A DNA stretch of 34,735 nucleotides from an uncultured Desulfuromonas sp. Lineage in GTDB: Bacteria; Desulfobacterota; Desulfuromonadia; Desulfuromonadales; Trichloromonadaceae. Below, piece by piece: positions 30,131 to 34,735 of the stretch. The stretch lies in contig CALJLX010000142.1 of assembly GCA_937982495.1 (NCBI GenBank), positions 1 through 34,735 of the forward strand, written 5' to 3'. The translations under genes and the position numbers were made by a program. The notes under the pieces were generated by a model. That model was not told where the DNA came from, did not search any database, and worked only from the letters and a program-made list of their open reading frames with translations. Position 1 is the stretch's first letter. Each line of letters opens with the position of its first letter.

Positions 30131-30545
30131 TGACAATATCCTCCCTCATCACGAACTTGGTTTTCATCGGGAGCTTATTGGCGGAAAGCCGGAAGGCCTC
30201 GCGGGCTACTTCTACGTCAACCCCCTGCATTTCATAAAGCATGACCCCGGGCTTAACCACGGCGACCCAACTATCCGGAGACCCTTTCCCCTTACCCATA
30301 CGGGTTTCGGCGGGTTTGCGGGTCAGGGGCTTGTCCGGGAAAACTCGGATCCAGATCTTCCCGCCACGCTTGATATAGCGAGTCATGGCCCGACGAGCGG
30401 CTTCGATTTGCCGGGATGACAACCAACCGCATTCGATGGCCTGCAGACCGAAATCCCCGAAGTTCAGCTCGGTACCACCCTTGGCGGCGCCTTTCATGCG
30501 CCCCTTGAATGTTTTTCTATGTTTAACCTTCTTGGGCATTAACAT
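30120..30545 (-). CDS. rplP: 50S ribosomal protein L16
   Basis: [11 protein letters not shown] and RMGKGKG. Confidence 0.99.
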   Translation of the reverse strand: MLMPKKVKHRKTFKGRMKGAAKGGTELNFGDFGLQAIECGWLSSRQIEAARRAMTRYIKRGGKIWIRVFPDKPLTRKPAETRMGKGKGSPDSWVAVVKPGVMLYEMQGVDVEVAREAFRLSANKLPMKTKFVMREDIVNES

Positions 30546-30569
30546 GGCTTGCTTACTCCTATTGCGATC

Positions 30570-31208
30570 TTATTGCTGTTCCCGCGCGAGAACTTCGCCC
30601 TTGAAGATAAGCACTTTGACACCGATGATGCCATAAGTGGTCTTCGCTTCGGCGAATCCATAGTCGATATCGGCGCGTAAAGTATGTAGGGGCACGCGCC
30701 CCTCACGGTACCATTCAGTACGGCTCATCTCGGCCCCACCTAGACGACCGCTGCAGGTGATCTTGATTCCCTGGCCGCCAAATTTGAGCGCCATGCTGAC
30801 GCTTTTCTTCATCGCGCGGCGGAAAGCAACTCGGCGTTCCAATTGGAGTGCCACATTCTCCGCCACCAATTGAGCATCAATCTCAGGCTTGCGAACTTCC
30901 TGAATATTAATGAAGACTTCCTTGTCGGTGAGTTTGGCCAGCTCTTTCTTGAGCGCCTCGACCTCGGAACCCTTCTTGCCAATGATAATGCCTGGACGTG
31001 CGGCGTAAATATTGATCTTCGCCTTATTCGCGGCGCGCTCCAATTCAATCTTGGAAATACCGGCATGATAGAGCCGCTTTTTGAGGTAATTCCTAAGCTT
31101 GATATCTTCATGGAGCAGCTTGGCGTAATCCGCCTCTGCATACCACTTGGATTCCCAGGTTTTGATGACTCCCAACCGAAATCCTACGGGATGTACTTTC
31201 TGGCCCAA
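30570..31208 (-). CDS. rpsC: 30S ribosomal protein S3
   Basis: [13 protein letters not shown] and [14 protein letters not shown]; TTG start. Confidence 0.99.
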   Translation of the reverse strand: MGQKVHPVGFRLGVIKTWESKWYAEADYAKLLHEDIKLRNYLKKRLYHAGISKIELERAANKAKINIYAARPGIIIGKKGSEVEALKKELAKLTDKEVFINIQEVRKPEIDAQLVAENVALQLERRVAFRRAMKKSVSMALKFGGQGIKITCSGRLGGAEMSRTEWYREGRVPLHTLRADIDYGFAEAKTTYGIIGVKVLIFKGEVLAREQQ

Positions 31209-31226
31209 ACTATCACCTCCCTCAGT

Positions 31227-31559
31227 CTACTTTTCGTCAAGAATCACAGTGATGTGACTCGTCGGTTTACGGATCTTGGTGGCACGTCCCTGCGCCCGGG
31301 GCATAAAGCGCTTAAGAACCGGGCCCTGGTCGACACTGATATGCTTGATCATCAGACGATCGATGTCGGATACACCCTTCTGTTCCGCATTAGCGACCGC
31401 CGAACTGACCAACTTGCTGACAATGGCCGCGGCCTTCTGCGGAGAGAATTTGAGGATATTCAGCGCATCCTGAACGCCCTTGCCACGCACCATGTCCACC
31501 ACCAGACGTGTTTTCTGGGGAGAAAGACGCGCGTAACTCAGTTTAGCTCTGGCTTCCAT
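31227..31559 (-). CDS. rplV: 50S ribosomal protein L22
   Basis: SPQKTRLV, PRAQGRA and TSHITV. Confidence 0.98.
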   Translation of the reverse strand: MEARAKLSYARLSPQKTRLVVDMVRGKGVQDALNILKFSPQKAAAIVSKLVSSAVANAEQKGVSDIDRLMIKHISVDQGPVLKRFMPRAQGRATKIRKPTSHITVILDEK

Positions 31560-31582
31560 GAATGAAACTCCTATGCAGGATC

Positions 31583-31861
31583 TTATCTCTTCTTGCTTTT
31601 CTTGTCCGCGCCATGGCCGAAGTAAGTCCGGGTCGGGGCGAACTCGCCGAGTTTGTGGCCGACCATGTTCTCGGTAACGAATACCGGAATGAACTTCTTG
31701 CCGTTATTCACGGCGAAGGTCAGGCCTACAAATTCAGGGACGATTGTGGAGCGCCGCGACCAGGTCTTGATGACCTTCTTATTGCTGGCGCCACCTTCAG
31801 CTTCGATTTTACGCAAAAGGCTTTCCTCGACGTACGGCCCCTTCTTGATTGATCTAGCCAC
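31583..31861 (-). CDS. rpsS: 30S ribosomal protein S19
   Basis: RSIKKGP and [13 protein letters not shown]. Confidence 0.99.
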   Translation of the reverse strand: MARSIKKGPYVEESLLRKIEAEGGASNKKVIKTWSRRSTIVPEFVGLTFAVNNGKKFIPVFVTENMVGHKLGEFAPTRTYFGHGADKKSKKR

Positions 31862-31888
31862 TGCCTTCTCCTCTATCCCAAAGAAACG

Positions 31889-32713
31889 TTATTTCTTGCG
31901 CCGCCGAATAATGAACTTGTCGGTACGCTTGTTGGTCCGGGTCTTGTAACCCTTGGTCGGAATACCCCAGGGAGTCACCGGATGGCGGCCGCCGGAGCTC
32001 TTGCCTTCGCCGCCGCCATGGGGATGGTCGACGGGGTTCATGGCCACACCACGGCTCTGCGGACGCTTGCCCAGCCACCGGTTCCGGCCAGCCTTGCCGA
32101 TCTGAATATTTTCATGCTCCGGATTCCCAACTTGGCCAACAGTGGCGCAGCAACCCTGCAACACCAAGCGAACCTCACCGGAAGGCAGGCGCAGCTGCGC
32201 GTACTTACCCTCTTTAGCGGCGATCATCGCGTAGGTTCCGGCACTACGGGCGAGTTGCCCCCCCTTGCCGACACGCAGTTCAACGTTATGCACCCAGGTT
32301 CCCAGAGGAATGGCGCGAATGGACAAGGCATTGCCGGGCTTGATGTCCGCCTGATCGCTCGCGACCAGAGTATCCCCCACGGAGATTCCGAGAGGCGCGA
32401 TAATATAGCGTTTCTCACCGTCGGCATAGTTCAACAGAGCGATACGGGAGGAACGATTCGGATCGTATTCGATAGAAACGACCTTGGCCGGAATGTCCTT
32501 CTTATCCCGCTTGAAGTCAATGATTCTGTACTTACGCTTGTGCCCGCCTCCGGTGTGACGCTTGGTAATACGACCGTAGTTGTTGCGGCCACCGGAACGT
32601 TTCAGAGGCGCAACAAGGGACTTCTCGGGAGTGGAAGTCGTGATCTCCTCGAAAGAGGAAGAGGTCATGTTACGACGACCCGGCGAGGTCGGTTTAAACT
32701 TTTTGATCGCCAT
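31889..32713 (-). CDS. rplB: 50S ribosomal protein L2
   Basis: EYDPNRS and [17 protein letters not shown]. Confidence 0.99.
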   Translation of the reverse strand: MAIKKFKPTSPGRRNMTSSSFEEITTSTPEKSLVAPLKRSGGRNNYGRITKRHTGGGHKRKYRIIDFKRDKKDIPAKVVSIEYDPNRSSRIALLNYADGEKRYIIAPLGISVGDTLVASDQADIKPGNALSIRAIPLGTWVHNVELRVGKGGQLARSAGTYAMIAAKEGKYAQLRLPSGEVRLVLQGCCATVGQVGNPEHENIQIGKAGRNRWLGKRPQSRGVAMNPVDHPHGGGEGKSSGGRHPVTPWGIPTKGYKTRTNKRTDKFIIRRRKK

Positions 32714-32745
32714 TATAGTTACTCCGTATCGCTTGATAACAAACC

Positions 32746-33033
32746 TTAGACACCGAAGAAGTCAATACTGCTACCCTCTTCCAGGGTCACGTATGCTTTT
32801 TTCCAGTTCGACCGCTTGCCAAACTGCCGACCAACACGCTTGACCTTGCCGGCCACCAGCGAGGTGTTGACGTTCTTGACTTTCACGTCAAACGCCTTTT
32901 CCACGGCCTGCTTGATCTCGATCTTATTGGCGCCAACAGAAACCTCAAAGGCTACAATTTGACCGGTTTCCTTCTGCAGGCTGGTTTTCTCAGTAATTAA
33001 CGGTCGTTTAATAATCTGATGCAGCGGTTTCAT
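32746..33033 (-). CDS. rplW: 50S ribosomal protein L23
   Basis: PLITEK and WKKAYVTL. Confidence 0.98.
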   Translation of the reverse strand: MKPLHQIIKRPLITEKTSLQKETGQIVAFEVSVGANKIEIKQAVEKAFDVKVKNVNTSLVAGKVKRVGRQFGKRSNWKKAYVTLEEGSSIDFFGV

Positions 33034-33653
33034 GACGCAAGCGCTCCTTCCAACTGAGAAACAGCCCCTTCGGTGACGATCAGGTTGGGATATTTCATCA
33101 CGTCGTAAACATTGACGCCCTCGGCCCGTAGCACCTTTACATTCGGCAAATTGCGGGCGGAAAGCTCAAGGTTACGATTGGCCCCGGAAATAACGACCAG
33201 CACCTTATCAAGGTCGAAACGGCTGAGGATTTCAGTAAATCCCTTGGTGCTGATTTTCTCCAGGTCGATGGCATTGAGTACAGTCAGCTTCTCCGCCTGA
33301 AACCGAGCGGAAAGAGCACTGCGCAACGCCGCTTTCTTAACCTTGCGGTTGAGTTTGAAGGTGTAATCCCGGGGCGTCGGTCCGAACGCCGCGCCACCAC
33401 CAACATAGTGGGGGGCACGAATACATCCCTGCCGGGCATTACCGGTACCCTTCTGCTTGTACGGCTTTTTGCCTCCGCCGGACACCTCACTGCGGGTCTT
33501 CGTATCGGCCGTTCCCTGGCGACGGGCCGCCAGTTGAAAGCGAACCATATCGTGAATCAGGTAGCCACGAACAACGTCATTGAAGACCACGTCGGACAGT
33601 TCCCGCTGGGATACCTGATTTTTATTAATATCGTAGACAACAACGCTTGCCAT
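33030..33653 (-). CDS. rplD: 50S ribosomal protein L4
   Basis: [13 protein letters not shown] and [10 protein letters not shown]. Confidence 0.98.
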   Translation of the reverse strand: MASVVVYDINKNQVSQRELSDVVFNDVVRGYLIHDMVRFQLAARRQGTADTKTRSEVSGGGKKPYKQKGTGNARQGCIRAPHYVGGGAAFGPTPRDYTFKLNRKVKKAALRSALSARFQAEKLTVLNAIDLEKISTKGFTEILSRFDLDKVLVVISGANRNLELSARNLPNVKVLRAEGVNVYDVMKYPNLIVTEGAVSQLEGALAS

Positions 33654-33685
33654 GGTCTGTCTCCCACACCCTCACTGACATGAGG

Positions 33686-34321
33686 CTATTTTTTGGCTTT
33701 AATACCTTTACGAATCGTGACCAAGCTATTCTTGGCTCCAGGAATCGCGCCCTTGACAAGAATCAAATTTTGCTCAGGACGAACATCGACGATTTCCAGG
33801 TTTTGTGTCGTAACCCGGGCGTTCCCCATTTGCCCAGCCATCTTCTTTCCCTTGAAAACCCGGGAAGGCCAGGCACTGCAGCCGATGGATCCAGGCGCGC
33901 GATGGAATTTCGAGCCGTGGCTCGAGCGGCCACCGGAGAAATTCCAACGTTTGATAACCCCCTGAAAACCCTTGCCCTTGCTGGTCCCGATCACATCGAC
34001 GATATCCCCGGCGGCAAAAGCTTCACACTTGATCTCGTCGCCGACATTGAAATCATCCACATTCTCGACCCGGAACTCGCGCAGGAAAGCAAAGGCTCCC
34101 TTGCCAGCCTTCTTAAAGTGACCCATGGCAGGGCGGTTGACGCGATGCGCCGCGCGGGGAGCAAAGCCCACCTGAAGAGCATTGTAACCATCACTGGCCA
34201 CGGTCTTCTTCTGCACGACCACGCAGGGGCCAGCCTCAACCACCGTCACCGGGATCCGCCGACCGTCCATGGCGAAAATCTGGGACATACCCAGTTTCTT
34301 ACCCAAGATTCCCTGTATCAT
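33686..34321 (-). CDS. rplC: 50S ribosomal protein L3
   Basis: [16 protein letters not shown] and RAPGSIG. Confidence 0.99.
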   Translation of the reverse strand: MIQGILGKKLGMSQIFAMDGRRIPVTVVEAGPCVVVQKKTVASDGYNALQVGFAPRAAHRVNRPAMGHFKKAGKGAFAFLREFRVENVDDFNVGDEIKCEAFAAGDIVDVIGTSKGKGFQGVIKRWNFSGGRSSHGSKFHRAPGSIGCSAWPSRVFKGKKMAGQMGNARVTTQNLEIVDVRPEQNLILVKGAIPGAKNSLVTIRKGIKAKK

Positions 34322-34350
34322 TGCACGTACCCTTACCTTTAATGAGTTGC

Positions 34351-34659
34351 CTAGAGCTTGATTTCCACGTCGACGCCGGCGGACAGGTCAAGCTTCATCA
34401 GGGCATCCACAGTCTGTTGTGTCGGTTCGAGAATGTCGAGAAGTCGCTTGTGCGTGCGCATTTCAAACTGCTCGCGGCTCTTCTTGTCGACATGGGGACC
34501 ACGAAGCACGCAATACTTGTTGATAATGGTCGGCAGGGGTACCGGTCCGGCGACCCGGGCACCCGTGCGCTTAGCGGTATCGACGATCTCGTTTACGGAA
34601 AGATCGAGCAGCTTATGGTCATAAGCCTTCAAACGGATTCTGATCTTTTGGCTCGGCAT
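34351..34659 (-). CDS. rpsJ: 30S ribosomal protein S10
   Basis: [10 protein letters not shown] and [12 protein letters not shown]. Confidence 0.99.
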   Translation of the reverse strand: MPSQKIRIRLKAYDHKLLDLSVNEIVDTAKRTGARVAGPVPLPTIINKYCVLRGPHVDKKSREQFEMRTHKRLLDILEPTQQTVDALMKLDLSAGVDVEIKL

Positions 34660-34673
34660 GTGATTTTATCCTC

Positions 34674-34735
34674 TTACGCTATGATTTCGCTGACGACGCC
34701 GGCGCCGACGGTCCGGCCACCTTCACGGATGGCGA
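34674..34735 (-). CDS. tuf: elongation factor Tu, C-terminal end (partial)
   Basis: Minus strand AIREGGRTVGAGVVSEIIA-stop. Confidence 0.96.
   Translation of the reverse strand, partial: AIREGGRTVGAGVVSEIIA

Noticed and set aside
34660-34673. No S10 leader/attenuator before rpsJ
   Set aside because: tuf running directly into rpsJ is a common arrangement outside enterobacteria.

Overview
A GC-rich, mostly core-genome window. The gene content and order suggest a Desulfuromonadales/Geobacter-like deltaproteobacterium (inference). 1-3 kb: sirtuin, small alpha/beta hydrolase and old-yellow-enzyme genes, ending at tRNA-Arg(CCG). The tRNA's 3' flank looks like an integrase attachment-site arm (IHF consensus plus three tandem 11-mers). 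3.3-19.4 kb: an exported protein fusing a binding-protein-like domain to a degenerate MBL domain, a DUF1573 protein, hpt, a zinc-ribbon/DUF3426 (ZitP-like) protein, a 2[4Fe-4S] ferredoxin missed by the ORF track, ackA, a FabH-like synthase, pta, an orphan TonB, a folD-metV-metF-gcvH one-carbon operon, a pseudo-receiver diguanylate cyclase with a complete-looking sigma54 promoter (enhancer pair, IHF site, -24/-12), an FmdB zinc ribbon and gdhA. 19.7-34.7 kb: the S10-spc-alpha ribosomal protein superoperon on the minus strand, from the 3' end of tuf to rplQ. I found no transposase, integrase, CRISPR array or rRNA, and nothing here is demonstrably a new system. The best leads are the att-like relic, the sigma54/c-di-GMP module, the degenerate MBL fusion and the acetogen-like C1 cluster.
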